DNA from: Naegleria gruberi
Lineage: Eukaryota
Reading direction: 5' to 3' (one strand)
Assembly: GCA_000004985.1 (NCBI GenBank)
Contig: GG738858.1
Length of the DNA stretch: 64,000 bases
Below the pieces are notes generated by a model. The model ran no database searches and was not told the origin of the DNA. It worked only from the letters and a program-made list of their open reading frames with translations. Shown here one piece after another: positions 30,581 through 42,149 of the stretch; the stretch's first letter is position 1; each line of letters starts with the position of its first letter. The translations under genes were made by a program, and so were the position numbers.

Positions 30581-32059
30581 TTACAACACGAATGAAAGAC
30601 AAATGAAAAGCAAAGCAAAGACAAATGGCAAGCTAGTGGTAATGAAAGTTGCTTCACTTGCATAGAAAACCAAAGAAACTGAAACAGCAACTTTAGGTGA
30701 TGGTGAAGTCAAATTTCTACCAACAACTGGAAGTGTCAAGTTTGTAGGAATTTGAGGTTGACCAGTGACATCTAGACCAGAAAGAGTTGTCAATGCAGAA
30801 ACGTCAGCCATTCCAGCATCAGTCCAAGCTTTCTTATAACACTTAATCATATTAGCATATTGCTTTGAACACAACTTGGTAATGACAGTTGAATTGGCAT
30901 CAACAGGTTGATATGAAATAGTTGATGTCATGCCACTTGTCAATTCATCAACTCCATTATTATAGGCACAAGCATAAAAATCTTCTCTAAAACCATTACA
31001 TGGTTGAACACAAGTTCCATTGAATGGACTAGCACTAGACAAACCACCACATCCACATTTCAAATCAGATGAGCTAGGACATGCTTTGGCAGTTGAACAT
31101 GTGACAACTGTCGATGAACATTTAAGATTTTCACAATAATTATTGAAACAGTCATCATTCTTATCACATGCTTCACCATCAAGAAGATGCCATCTTCTAA
31201 TACACTTATTCTTAGCACATCTCATTTGAAGAATTGGCAATTTGTAACAATCTGAAGGAGTTTCACAAAATTCACCATAGACAGATGGCTTTTGACAGGT
31301 CTTGGCAGCACTATCAATATTTTCCTTTCTACAATACAATCCATCTGCACAAACAGTTGAAACTGGAAGTCCAGAACAATTTTGACCTAATTGTAAAATT
31401 GTTGGTTTGTAACAAACGTTACTGATACAAGTCAACCCAGAATTTTCTTTACAAAAAACACGAACGCCACCTGAAATTGTTTCACAAGGACCTCCTTCAT
31501 CGCTATTATATGCCATCTTGAGACAGGCGCCTTGATAACAGTAGAAACCTGTTGCACAATCGTTTACAATATTTGTTGTTTCGTTCAATGATTTTTCCAA
31601 GCAGGCACCACCTTCAACATTGACAACTGGCAGGACTTTGAAACTGACACATTGATTATTAACACAATTAGTGTAAGCAGAAGCACTTCCAAAACTACCA
31701 ACGCAATTTTCTCTATGAGTGCAATAATCACCTAAAATTCTAGTTCTACGATATTCACAAGTTTGAGTTCTGGCAGCACAACCCAACCAATTGGCTTGAC
31801 AAGCAGAAGAACTGCCTGCACAGGACATACCAACGTAATTTGGAAGGATAGTATTAGGAATTGAAATACAGGTACGATTTCCTGTAAAACTGAAACCATT
31901 AATTGAACCAGTTGGGCAAACGAGTGAGGAAGCTTTTGATGAGGCAGCATCAGCAGCTGTAATACCCGAGACATAGTTGGAGGTACATTGCTGGCCAACT
32001 ACTGTGGATAGCATCAGATAGAGAGATGCTAATGTGAAGAGGAGAAGGTATGGTTTCAT
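30581..32059 (-). CDS. secreted Cys-rich protein with C-terminal hydrophobic (GPI-anchor-like) tail, 492 aa
   Basis: ATG at 32059. N-terminal signal peptide (MKPYLLLFTLASLYLMLSTVVG), more than 60 Cys in EGF/knottin-like spacings, and a hydrophobic C-terminus. Confidence 0.5.
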   Translation of the reverse strand: MKPYLLLFTLASLYLMLSTVVGQQCTSNYVSGITAADAASSKASSLVCPTGSINGFSFTGNRTCISIPNTILPNYVGMSCAGSSSACQANWLGCAARTQTCEYRRTRILGDYCTHRENCVGSFGSASAYTNCVNNQCVSFKVLPVVNVEGGACLEKSLNETTNIVNDCATGFYCYQGACLKMAYNSDEGGPCETISGGVRVFCKENSGLTCISNVCYKPTILQLGQNCSGLPVSTVCADGLYCRKENIDSAAKTCQKPSVYGEFCETPSDCYKLPILQMRCAKNKCIRRWHLLDGEACDKNDDCFNNYCENLKCSSTVVTCSTAKACPSSSDLKCGCGGLSSASPFNGTCVQPCNGFREDFYACAYNNGVDELTSGMTSTISYQPVDANSTVITKLCSKQYANMIKCYKKAWTDAGMADVSALTTLSGLDVTGQPQIPTNLTLPVVGRNLTSPSPKVAVSVSLVFYASEATFITTSLPFVFALLFICLSFVL

Positions 32060-32443
32060 GTGTTGATTGTTTTTTTTGAGTGTGGATGACTTTCGAATAA
32101 TGTTGTGATATCTTGTTTAAGAGCTTTCTAGCTCCTTGGTGTGCGATGAGGTTATTTGGCATCTTGGTTCAATGTTTGGAAGTTTGTTGACAGAATGGGT
32201 TGTGGTAACTTGTTTCTCTATTGAGAATATCGCGGCCATCAATGTTTGTCAAACTGTTACTAAACTTGCTCAAGAAACAAGATTGGAAGAATTTTTCAAA
32301 ATTGTTGTAGAACACTTGTCTGTCATCGTTTTTGATTTGGTATTGTATTTAACGAGATTCTATTGGTGATTATCCAAACGACATGTATGGAAGATATTTT
32401 TGTGGGTTTACAATTATTGATTTACAATTGAAATTTACAGTTT

Positions 32444-34072
32444 TTATTTTCTCTTTTTCTTTTGTTTAATTTCTTGTTTGAATTTCATAAATGGTTCTGC
32501 CATTGATTCGCAAACACTCTTTTGCAATTCATCAAACAAGTCGTCTTCTAAAATGCTAGAAGATGAGAATTCATCCAATCTTGTTTTAACTCGTTCTTGA
32601 AGAGCAGTGCTTGTTTTGAATGGTGTTTCTCCATTTACATCAATGAATTCAGTAAATATCTTGAAAGCAACTTCGTATTTGTTTCTTTCCAATTCCTCAA
32701 CTTTCTCAATTTCCTCAATATCGCTAATTTTCGTATTCTTGCTCTTTTGTTCAGCAACACCTCTCAAGTAGTGGGCTTCCTCACAGAGTTCCTTGTAAGA
32801 GTGGCAATTGTCCAACAAGGTAAATGAATCCAAACAATTTTCTCTATCACAGAAAGCTCTGAATAAAGCATTATACTTATCACTTCCAACAGTTTCCATT
32901 ATCATAATATGAGCAGCTTTTCGGAGTTTTCTTGTGCTTGTAACTTCAGTAGTCAATGCCATGGCAAAGATTAAAATAACTATTGGAACACTAACAATTA
33001 CACCAAACAAAACTAAACCCATGTTCACAGCGCTTGCCATCCTTAAATACTCTTTCTTCTCATTTGCAAGTTTGACAATTTCTTTTTGTACTTTGATTAA
33101 GAAAAGTTGGGTTATAGTATCTGCTGAATAGTATTGGAATGATTTTCTTTTTTCCCTTGCAGATATCATGTCTCCAATAGCCACATAATCCATAACTAGA
33201 TCATTCAAAGTAGTTATTTGCGTATTCAAATATTCGGATGGTTTCACAGTTCCATTAGGCAAAGTTAGTGCAAGCTCTACTAGGGTGGTATTGGCAAGGG
33301 CTCGCTTTATATAATATTCCCCAACCAGACTCTGGTTTCCAGTGGCTGCAGCTACTCTTACAGTACAGTCAATATCGTGATAGAGTTGCAAGTAGTCTGT
33401 TCTCTTGAGGAGCATATAGGTTTCCTTCTGGGCATCCAATTTGAAAGCATTTCCAACAATTACAGCCACAGCTATAAAAGCAGCAATATTGATAAGCATA
33501 CCAAACAGTGAGAGAATTCTGACAAGATTCAGTTCTATTATACCACAACATGTAGGAATACGAAATGTCACCGAAGAGACGGTAGACTTGCCCGACTTGG
33601 CTGTTGTCTTACTGAATATTGATTCAACTGTAGGTTTTTGTGGTTGAGCAAACGAGACTCTTTTATCACCTGGTGTTTGTGGAGTATTGTTTTGGGCTCT
33701 ACTCATTCTATATTGTTGTTGTTGTGGTTTAATTGAAGATAAGGTTAATGGTTTAGTGACAAATCTTCTAGCAAAGTGTACCACAATACTATCGGCATCA
33801 CTACAGGCATCGTCATCTTCGTCGTCTTCATCCTCAATTTTAGTTTGTTCCTCATTGTGAGTATTGACAGTGATACAAACTTTCTCTTGAGCTTGTTCTT
33901 CGTCAATCTTTTTCAAATCCTTTAGTTCAATAGATGTTGAAGTAGAAGGATTGTCTTGATGATTCTGAATGGTTTCAATTGTTTGTGATGGGGGTGTTGA
34001 AGATGGATGATCACCTTCAGGCGACGAAGTAGAAGATAACGAAGAAGACATTTTTTGTGTGTTGGTATTCAT
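32444..34072 (-). CDS. two-TM receptor-like RGS protein (S/T-rich N-term, TM1, ectodomain of about 150 aa, TM2, cytosolic RGS domain), 542 aa
   Basis: ATG at 34072. TM segments are LFGMLINIAAFIAVAVIV and LVLFGVIVSVPIVILIFAMAL. RGS-domain signature (FRAFCDRENCLDSFTLLD...KYEVAFKIFTEFI...LFDELQKSV). Confidence 0.65.
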   Translation of the reverse strand: MNTNTQKMSSSLSSTSSPEGDHPSSTPPSQTIETIQNHQDNPSTSTSIELKDLKKIDEEQAQEKVCITVNTHNEEQTKIEDEDDEDDDACSDADSIVVHFARRFVTKPLTLSSIKPQQQQYRMSRAQNNTPQTPGDKRVSFAQPQKPTVESIFSKTTAKSGKSTVSSVTFRIPTCCGIIELNLVRILSLFGMLINIAAFIAVAVIVGNAFKLDAQKETYMLLKRTDYLQLYHDIDCTVRVAAATGNQSLVGEYYIKRALANTTLVELALTLPNGTVKPSEYLNTQITTLNDLVMDYVAIGDMISAREKRKSFQYYSADTITQLFLIKVQKEIVKLANEKKEYLRMASAVNMGLVLFGVIVSVPIVILIFAMALTTEVTSTRKLRKAAHIMIMETVGSDKYNALFRAFCDRENCLDSFTLLDNCHSYKELCEEAHYLRGVAEQKSKNTKISDIEEIEKVEELERNKYEVAFKIFTEFIDVNGETPFKTSTALQERVKTRLDEFSSSSILEDDLFDELQKSVCESMAEPFMKFKQEIKQKKKRK

Positions 34073-34585
34073 CTATCTCCCACCTCCAAATGTCCCCTCT
34101 CTCTACGTAGTTAGATCCAAACATCACTCGGCATTGGGATTTGGTTTCCTTATATTGAATTTGCCTTTTTTAAACGTTTTGAGCTTAATTTTGTGAACCA
34201 TCCGTTCAACTAGCAAATCTCATATTTAGGAACTAGATGCTAATAACACAACAGGAAAGTGTTGCTCAAATAATATCACAAGATACGGTATACAGTAGAT
34301 TCTACTCGGAAAGACATTTGCTTTTCTTCTGCAGACTAACCGACATTTGTATTCAACCCACACTGTAGATAGAAATTATAATGAAAGTTAACCTAGTCTT
34401 CATCATGTATTAATTGTTAGGTTGTATAATAAGATGTGAAGATCATCAATTAAATTTTAATTCATGCAAAGATACGTGCCCAAATTGAGGCTTTGCAATT
34501 AACGGTTTTTTTAAGCAGCAAGAATTCACCCTCATTCATCTTGGCGCCTTTTTTTTAAAATTGTAATAAAACAAATTTTATTTAT

Positions 34586-37300
34586 TTAAAAGAAGAAGAA
34601 AATGATCATCATTGCAATCACCAAGTATGAGGCAGTGAAGTTGTGAATGGATGAGGTATGACTAAGGACAGGTTCTGGAGGAATTTCAACAGAGGAAACT
34701 TGCAAATTATATCCACTAATTAAGAGAGCAAAGTTTTGAGAACCAACATTCTTCTCCGATGATCTGATATTAATAATAATCGATGAGGATGAATTGGAGG
34801 TGTTTGGAGGAATGTTAATGGTGAGTGATTCGACATTGTTTCTATCATCAATTAGGGAGGAATCTTGAATGTTTCCATAGTTACATTGTTGATTACCGTA
34901 GCAGAGAGTATGAATTGGTGAGGAGGAGGAATCATCCTTGATGGAAACTGAGAGATCTAAATTGTTGATTAGCACTTTGGCTGAGTTGGTGGATGAGCTA
35001 ACAGGTGTACCTTTCAAATCAAACCAGGTGAGTGTAACTTTCAATGGATTGGAGCTTGCCAAATTATTGGTCAACTTCATTGTGATGGTAATGTTTGAGG
35101 CAACATTGATTTTCTGTCTATTGATTGTGAATAGATCTGGATTGGAATCCTTATCTGAAAACTTCATTGTATTGGCAATATTCACTCTACCGTAACCTGT
35201 GTACTTGTTTGGAGTTTTCTCTTTGGATAGATCACGATAATTGTTTTCGTTTGTGAAAACACCATCCAACTTGACTGTACCCATCAACTTCTCTCCAGAG
35301 TGAATAACAAAACCCTTTACAAGCATGCCACTCAATGTTTGATTTGGATTCTTATTAATCAAATCAAGGTTGACCAATCTTTGCTTGCTATTTTGAAGGA
35401 AGTATTCTCTAACCAGAGCAGAAACACCTGAGATAGCTGGACAGGCCATACTAGTTCCTGTCTTCTGAGTTAGCCCAGTTGAATCACAGAATGGAATATA
35501 ACTTCTAGCACTCCAAATTTTCACTCCAGGAGCTACAATGTCAGGCTTAAATCTATTATCAAATGTTGGACCTCTTGCTGAAAAATAGCCCAAATTGTCA
35601 TGATTGTAAAGTGTTGTATTGATATTTGGTTCATATCTGGTGTATTCATCAGATGTGGCATAGGCAGCACCAACTGAGATACAATTCTTGGCAGTAGATG
35701 GAGCTAGTTCAAAAATTGTTACAATTTACCAAGTGAACAATATACTTACAAATAACAGACTTTTCCTGTCCATAGTAACCACTATTACCAGCAGCAAAGA
35801 CAACTAACATTTCATCATTGGCATTGGTGAATTCATCAATTTGTGCAGAGAGTGTTTCATAAGTGTTACCAAGTTCACAACATCTTAAACCATATTGTTG
35901 AAGACAATACTCATCCTTCACTGGTTTGGAAAGATTGGATTTGGCTTCATAGCAATCACAATCAAATTGGCAATCTAAATTATTGGTATTTCCCCAACTG
36001 TTGCTGGAAATTCTTGCACCACTGGCATAAGCCCTAATCAAGTAAGATGTCATGTTGGAAACTGAGAAGAAAAGTGTAATACCAGAATCAATCATGTGAA
36101 TTTTAGCATCTTTGGCAATACCCATATCATTATCAATTCCTGAAGTTGAACTTGGTTGACCAGCAACTATTATTAAGGTAAAATAACAAAGAATGAAAAC
36201 AACAACTTACTAATTCCAGAACAGTGAGTACCATGACCATTGGCATCGTAAAAATCTCCTGTTGTACCTCTCTCGTAAAGTACAACCTTTCTATTTTTGG
36301 TATTCAAAGTAGAATAATCTTCATTTGGAGAAGAGAAGAAACAATGACTGTAATCAAGACCTGAATCAACAATATTCACAATCTCACCCTTTCCAGTTAC
36401 ACCATTATCCCAAGCAAATCTCGAAACATTAACCTTACGATTGTATTGAACAACATTATTGGAGCCGTACAATAATAATGATTGAGAAAATTCTCTTTCA
36501 ACATAGTCTACATCTTCATTATCTAAAATGTTGCTCATTAAGAAATCTGACATGTGACTCATCAAGGCACTCCTTTTACCATTGTTATTCCACAAGCTTG
36601 CATCTCCATCAACCAAGGAAATTGAAAACATTCTTCCTCTTTCTTCAATCAAAATTGAAGAACTTGCAAGAATTTCATTAATACTCTCAGAACTTCTTCT
36701 CACAGAACTTTCAATCAATTGAGTAGCAAACTCATGATTGAATTTGGTATTCATCTTGGAAAGGAAGAGTGGCAATTTTTCTTCAAATTCACTATTCATT
36801 ACAACTCTGAGTTTGGAAAATCTCAAACTGTCCATAGAAAATTGAGGAAACAAAATTCTCTTCTCATTGCTAACTCTTTCAATTCTGTAAATGTATTGTC
36901 TGTAGGAGGATTCGCTTTTAATTTCATCAATTCTTTGTAATGAGAGTCTAGTTCTAAACACTCTGTTATCTGTTCCACTGACAGTTTCTAATCTTTCGGT
37001 ACGAATGTTGCTGCTACTTGGACCGAAAACAATTCTATTTAATTGGTCTAAATGAAAATCGGAAAGGATGACATTATCATGAATTTTAATGTCTACAAGA
37101 AGTTTTGCATTATTCGAAAGTGTTCTTGCAGCTGATGATGATGGTTTATCCAACAAATTTAAACCATCCAATGTATGAGGAAATCTGCTATGAGCAACAA
37201 CTGAGAATGCCAAACCGAGGAGGAATAGGCATACCACCAATATTGTTCGCTGCATTATTTTTTTGTAAAGTATCGAATAATTGCATAGTAGACATGTCAT
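34586..37300 (-). CDS. subtilisin-like serine protease (peptidase S8) with C-terminal extension of about 330 aa and hydrophobic tail (874 aa), 3 exons: 37300-36211, 36166-35750, 35703-34586
   Basis: Catalytic triad D (VNIVDSGLD), H (HGTHCSGI|IAG across intron 1) and S (GTSMACP). SNSWG and AAGNSG motifs are present. Intron 1 is 36167-36210 (GTAAGT..AATAG, phase 1) and intron 2 is 35704-35749 (GTAAGT..AACTAG, phase 1). The signal-peptide-like MQRTILVVCLFLLGLAFS follows a possible upstream ATG. Confidence 0.75.
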
Positions 37301-37491
37301 TCAATAAGATTTATCACCAAGTTTAAATACCGAATCTATTGATGTTGGTCAAATTTCGAAAAGGAGATTAGATAACGTTCAAGGAGTAAGAAACTTAACA
37401 AAGAATGCAGATACCAATATAAAAATTATTCTAAACCTGAACCCGACATTCCATACATGGAAGTTGACAAAAGAATGAAAGTGGCGATAAG

Positions 37492-39006
37492 ATGATATGG
37501 AATTGCCGTCATGGAATCGGTATACCTTCAACATCTCAAGACCAATCCTTTAATCGTTCCCATTGTCATTCGTCTACTTTCGATATCTTTCAAAAAATGT
37601 CTCAAGACCATCACCACCATGCTTCTGAGCTACAAATAATCGTATCTCCAGAGACCACTACCAACACTCTAACAAGTGATTCCCACAATCCAATGATAAC
37701 GAGTCACCAAACTTCCAATACAGAATCATCAACTCAACCTCCACTTAAAAAGAAGACAACTTTCGCATCACGTGATGAACACATAGCTACAACCATAGCC
37801 ATTCAAGAAGATAAAACAGAAAGTACAAGTATTTTCAGTAAGACTACTAGTGCTCAATCACTTTCATCTCAAACTAAACTCAGAATTAAAACATGTTGTG
37901 GAATAATCAAGTTGAATACTATGAGATTATTGTCAGTGGTGGCCATGTTTGTCAATTCCATTGCTTTTATTGCTATTGCTGCTGTTGTAATTAATTCGTA
38001 TACGTTACAGACTTCGGTTGATACTGATCTGTTATTGAATAGAGGTGATTTAGTTTCGTTTACTGAAAAAACCGAATGTGCTGTTAAACTGACAGCTTAT
38101 GAAAATAGAACAGCCTATACAGAATCATATTATGTTAATTATCAGAATGTTACTAATCTACTTTCCACATTGAAACAAGTTTTACCTTCAAAGATTTATA
38201 CTCTGAATGGAGTTGACGTTCCAACTAAGAAAATGGATGATGAAATTCTGACACTTGTTGGCAATGGTTATGGAGGTCAAGCTCTGAATATTCTCAAGTC
38301 ATCTGAATATATCAGTCAACAAGTTGCTTACGATACTTTCTTACAATCCATGTTGGATTATTCGAATGATATGGCCGAATCTAAGAATTCTTATATTTTC
38401 ATTTCTAGTATTGTAAACTTGGTTTTGGTTGTAATTGCCTTGGTAGTTGTCGTGCCAACTGTCTTTGTTGTCTTTGCAATGGCCATCAAGAAGGAAGGAA
38501 ACACATCAAAAAAGTTAAAGAAGGCAACTGCATTCATGTTGTTAGACACAATGGAAGATGAAGTAATGAAATCAAAATTCAAAGAGTTTTGTAAGATGGA
38601 AGGTCACGGAATTGACCTTTTCCATTTTATTGAGAAAACTGTTAGCTATACTCATTTGTGTGAAAAACAAAATGAAATGATGGATAAACTTGCCAAGAAT
38701 AAGGGAGATCCAAAGGCAGTAAGAGATTTTGAAAAGGAAAAGTACATTCTTGCCTTTGAAATATTTGCCGAATATTTGGATGAAGATATTGGTGAGTATC
38801 CAATTCTTGTCAGTGGTGCATTGCATGAATGTTTGAAAAATAGAATTGACGACTTTTCAATTAATGAAGCAGAGACCTATCTCAAGGAAAATCTCTTTGA
38901 AGATATTCAAAAGGAAGTTGCAATGACTTCGCTCAATGATTTGCACTTCAAATTTAAACAATTCTTGATGGCTAGTAAGAAGCTTCAAGTCAAAACACAA
39001 CAATAA
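37492..39006 (+). CDS. two-TM receptor-like RGS protein, paralog of 32444-34072 in inverted orientation, 504 aa
   Basis: Same architecture: KTCCGIIKLNTMRLLSVVAMFVNSIAFIAIAAVVI (TM1), ectodomain, IFISSIVNLVLVVIALVVVVPTVFVVFAMAI (TM2), RGS-like C-terminus (KFKEFCKMEGHGIDLFHFIE...KYILAFEIFAEYL...LFEDIQKEV). The start could instead be the internal ATG (MSQDHHHH). Confidence 0.65.
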   Translation: MIWNCRHGIGIPSTSQDQSFNRSHCHSSTFDIFQKMSQDHHHHASELQIIVSPETTTNTLTSDSHNPMITSHQTSNTESSTQPPLKKKTTFASRDEHIATTIAIQEDKTESTSIFSKTTSAQSLSSQTKLRIKTCCGIIKLNTMRLLSVVAMFVNSIAFIAIAAVVINSYTLQTSVDTDLLLNRGDLVSFTEKTECAVKLTAYENRTAYTESYYVNYQNVTNLLSTLKQVLPSKIYTLNGVDVPTKKMDDEILTLVGNGYGGQALNILKSSEYISQQVAYDTFLQSMLDYSNDMAESKNSYIFISSIVNLVLVVIALVVVVPTVFVVFAMAIKKEGNTSKKLKKATAFMLLDTMEDEVMKSKFKEFCKMEGHGIDLFHFIEKTVSYTHLCEKQNEMMDKLAKNKGDPKAVRDFEKEKYILAFEIFAEYLDEDIGEYPILVSGALHECLKNRIDDFSINEAETYLKENLFEDIQKEVAMTSLNDLHFKFKQFLMASKKLQVKTQQ

Positions 39007-39476
39007 AAATGTTTGTAACATATTTAATTCAAATAATTAAAGAACTCTTCTCGTAATTTAATTTCAGCAATAGAAAAGTTTGGAGAATTAAGAGAAAATA
39101 CCTTTTTAATTTCTTAAAAGGATGTTGGAGCTAGTTTTTATTGGTAAGGCAATAGTTGCAAGTGAAGAGATAAGCATCAAGATATGTAATTGCATTAGGC
39201 TATTAATGTTAAAACTGTTAAGACAGTTTGTGACCACAGTTGACAGTATCTCTCAGTCTCTATTCAATCATCAGGTTGCTCTATCTAAATGACAAAACAC
39301 AATTTCAGTGTTTGTCTCTTTAATAATAATAAATAAAAACTAACAACCTCAATTCGTGTCATACAGTCAATCAGTACACATTCCAGTCACAACCAATACT
39401 TGACAACTATTCACACATTTTTCTTTAACGGTTTATCTTGTGAAACACATTCCACAAACTAAAAAAACTAATCAAG

Positions 39477-40874
39477 ATGGGTAATAGACAATCGAATAGA
39501 ACTCACAATGAAAGCTCGCCAAGACATGGTGCTAGCTCCAGTAGAATGAATAGCAGTAAGAATAGAGTAAAGCATTTGAGGGACCAAGAAGTAAAAGATG
39601 CTAACATTCATGAACGTAGTTTCTCCTCATCAATGTCAGACTCGTTAGATTTCACTCACATGTTTTCTATGGGTCAAAATGATAAAGGTCAATTAGGTAG
39701 AGGAATAATAAGTAAGGATGATATTGATAGCTATCCTATGGGCCCAGTAACGGAAGTCGAACAGAAGAACACTGCTGATTTAGATGAAGATGAACAAGCA
39801 GAAATTGCATCTCGTGTGCTGAAGGATATCAAATTTGTTGCAACAGGCAGGTCTCACATAATCATGGTAACACACTCCAACAAGTTATATGGAATGGGTT
39901 TTAACAATTATTCACAACTTGGTTTCCCAGAAACTGAAGAAAATATTCCAAGATTAAGAGAAATTCAACTTCCAGAAGATGTCAAGACCATTGATGGACT
40001 TGCTGCTGGTTGGTTCCACTCTGTTGTTGTTTGTGATGGTAATAAGGTATTCTGTGCAGGACATTCATTCTTTGAACAAACATTTGATGTTGCAATGGAC
40101 AAGGGCTTTAAAAGATCTGTCAAGATGGAATTCCTACAAAGAGATAATTCCAAGATTACTGTTGTGAGTGCATCCACATTCTCCAGTTCACTTGTTGTTG
40201 ATAATTGGAAGATTTTTGCTTGTGGTGAAATGAATGCCAATTCCAATCCAGCCAATTACCTCGTTCCAGGATGTGAAATTTTCAAACGTGATGAAGTTAT
40301 CAAAAAGTTTAAACATGCTGATAAGGGACTTGTTGTGTTAGCAGAAAGTGGTAATGTCTATTTTGCAACAAAGGAAAGACCATTCCACATCCTCATGGAC
40401 TCTGTTCATTCCATCACACCTTCCCACATGTATGAAACAACCTACGCAATGAAAGACAAATCAACAATTTTGAGTGAGTGTGATTTGTCTCCTCTGACTG
40501 TTCGTGCACAAGTCAATGTGCAAGCCTTTGTTGAAAAGTATGGAATGGAGAATATTCAACTCTATTGTGGCTACTCCTTCTACTATTTGGTTGTTAATAA
40601 GAGAAGAGTTTATACCATCAATGGTTCCGAATTGAATGAAATTTTGAATTTGGATGGAGTGACCACTACTGTAAATATCAAGGAAGTTGTAGCTACATCC
40701 GATTGTTCATACTTTATCTTTGAAAAGTGTTTGTTTACAGCCTCCGAATTGTTGATGAAGTCGAGATTACTTTCCTGCGAAATGTATAAGGACGTTTCTA
40801 TTATTGCCTCTGATGAGGATTATTATTATTCACGTGGAAGTATCATTTCCAATGAAGAATCAGCTTGTATATAG
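39477..40874 (+). CDS. RCC1-like repeat protein with N-myristoylation signal, 465 aa
   Basis: MGNRQS N-terminus. RCC1-type repeats MFSMGQNDKGQLGRG, LYGMGFNNYSQLGFPE and VFCAGHSFFEQ. Confidence 0.55.
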   Translation: MGNRQSNRTHNESSPRHGASSSRMNSSKNRVKHLRDQEVKDANIHERSFSSSMSDSLDFTHMFSMGQNDKGQLGRGIISKDDIDSYPMGPVTEVEQKNTADLDEDEQAEIASRVLKDIKFVATGRSHIIMVTHSNKLYGMGFNNYSQLGFPETEENIPRLREIQLPEDVKTIDGLAAGWFHSVVVCDGNKVFCAGHSFFEQTFDVAMDKGFKRSVKMEFLQRDNSKITVVSASTFSSSLVVDNWKIFACGEMNANSNPANYLVPGCEIFKRDEVIKKFKHADKGLVVLAESGNVYFATKERPFHILMDSVHSITPSHMYETTYAMKDKSTILSECDLSPLTVRAQVNVQAFVEKYGMENIQLYCGYSFYYLVVNKRRVYTINGSELNEILNLDGVTTTVNIKEVVATSDCSYFIFEKCLFTASELLMKSRLLSCEMYKDVSIIASDEDYYYSRGSIISNEESACI

Positions 40875-41086
40875 TATTAATAAATTATTGATTTAAATTA
40901 CGTGATCATGGTGCTTGATGATGAAAATATTTTCAAGGAACATTTTTTGTTTTTTTTTCTAGAGTTTACAAAAACTGGCATTTTTGAGAGGGAAAACCAA
41001 CAAAAAAAATTAAATGGCTTGAGACATCATTTTCGAGCTTGATGGCGAAGGGGTAAAAGAATTGAAAAGGAGAAAATATTATCATC

Positions 41087-41761
41087 ATGATGAAGGAGGA
41101 ATTACTCAACAAACTTGTTGTGAGAAGTTGCGATTTGAGAGTGGAATCTAAATCTGCTCTTCAAATTTTCTCTCTTGTTGAAAAAGCCTTTGAAAAGGAA
41201 CCACATAGTGATCATAGAGAACAATTCCTTGTTGAAAAGTTGTATCAGGCACCTCCAGAGGAATCTTCCTTTATTCCAGAGTTGTCCTTGGTAGCAGAGT
41301 TGGAGGATGAAATTGTTGGATTTGCCTTGTTGACTAAATGTCTGCTTGTACCTCATCATCAGCAACAATCATCATCGGAATGTTCTACTAATAACAATCT
41401 AACATCATTAACAACAAGTACAGAGGAAAAACAACAACAGGAATCTATTATTTCACTGTGTTTGGCTCCCCTGGCCATCAAACCACAATATCACAAGATG
41501 GGAATTGGAAGTTTATTGATGAGGGAGGCTCACAAACGTGCCAAAGAACTTGGTTTTACTTCTGTGGTCCTGGTTGGTCACGAACACTATTATCCAAGAT
41601 TTGGATATCGTCTGATGAGGGAGTTTGGAATTAGTGTTCCCTATCAAGATATCCCTGCCCAATATTGTATGGTGATCGAGTTGGTAGAAGGTTGTTTATC
41701 ATCGGATTCTCGTGTGAATGGATCTATGGTTCAATTTGCTAAGGAATTTTCAAATTATTAA
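41087..41761 (+). CDS. GNAT-family N-acetyltransferase, 224 aa
   Basis: Acetyl-CoA-binding motif A is Q/R-x-x-G-x-G/A (YHKMGIGSLLMREAHKRAKELGF). A C-terminal YPRFGY motif is typical of GNATs. Confidence 0.55.
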   Translation: MMKEELLNKLVVRSCDLRVESKSALQIFSLVEKAFEKEPHSDHREQFLVEKLYQAPPEESSFIPELSLVAELEDEIVGFALLTKCLLVPHHQQQSSSECSTNNNLTSLTTSTEEKQQQESIISLCLAPLAIKPQYHKMGIGSLLMREAHKRAKELGFTSVVLVGHEHYYPRFGYRLMREFGISVPYQDIPAQYCMVIELVEGCLSSDSRVNGSMVQFAKEFSNY

Positions 41762-42149
41762 ACAATAATTTGAAATTAATATTTATTTTTATTATCATCA
41801 CATCAAAACCTTTGGTCATTCTGAATCCATTCTTAAACTCAAAGACAACTGGTTGGGCACACATTCCAAGATTGGTCTCGGTACTGGAATCAATCTTTAC
41901 CAAAGAATTACAATAAATTATTTCTAAATTATTTAAAATTACTTGATCAATAATTTCATCAACTTCCAAGACAATCTCAAAACTCTCAAACCATCACATG
42001 ATTCATCCATTCCATTGACTCACTGTATGTTCAACCATTGAACTTCTGCAGAAGGATCATATTTTCAGGAGAGAAAAATTGGAATAATTTGGAAGTTCTC
42101 TTATTGGTCGTCGACACTAATTCATCCTTCTTGGCTACAACAAAACTAA

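Noticed and set aside
23007-33647. Many 60-100-aa ORFs antisense to, or out of frame within, the large genes (e.g. 23007-23219, 24069-24534, 28116-28660, 31234-32162, 32597-33131, 33369-33647)
   Set aside because: They are embedded in much longer, domain-bearing ORFs on the other strand or frame, with low-complexity translations and frequent non-ATG starts.
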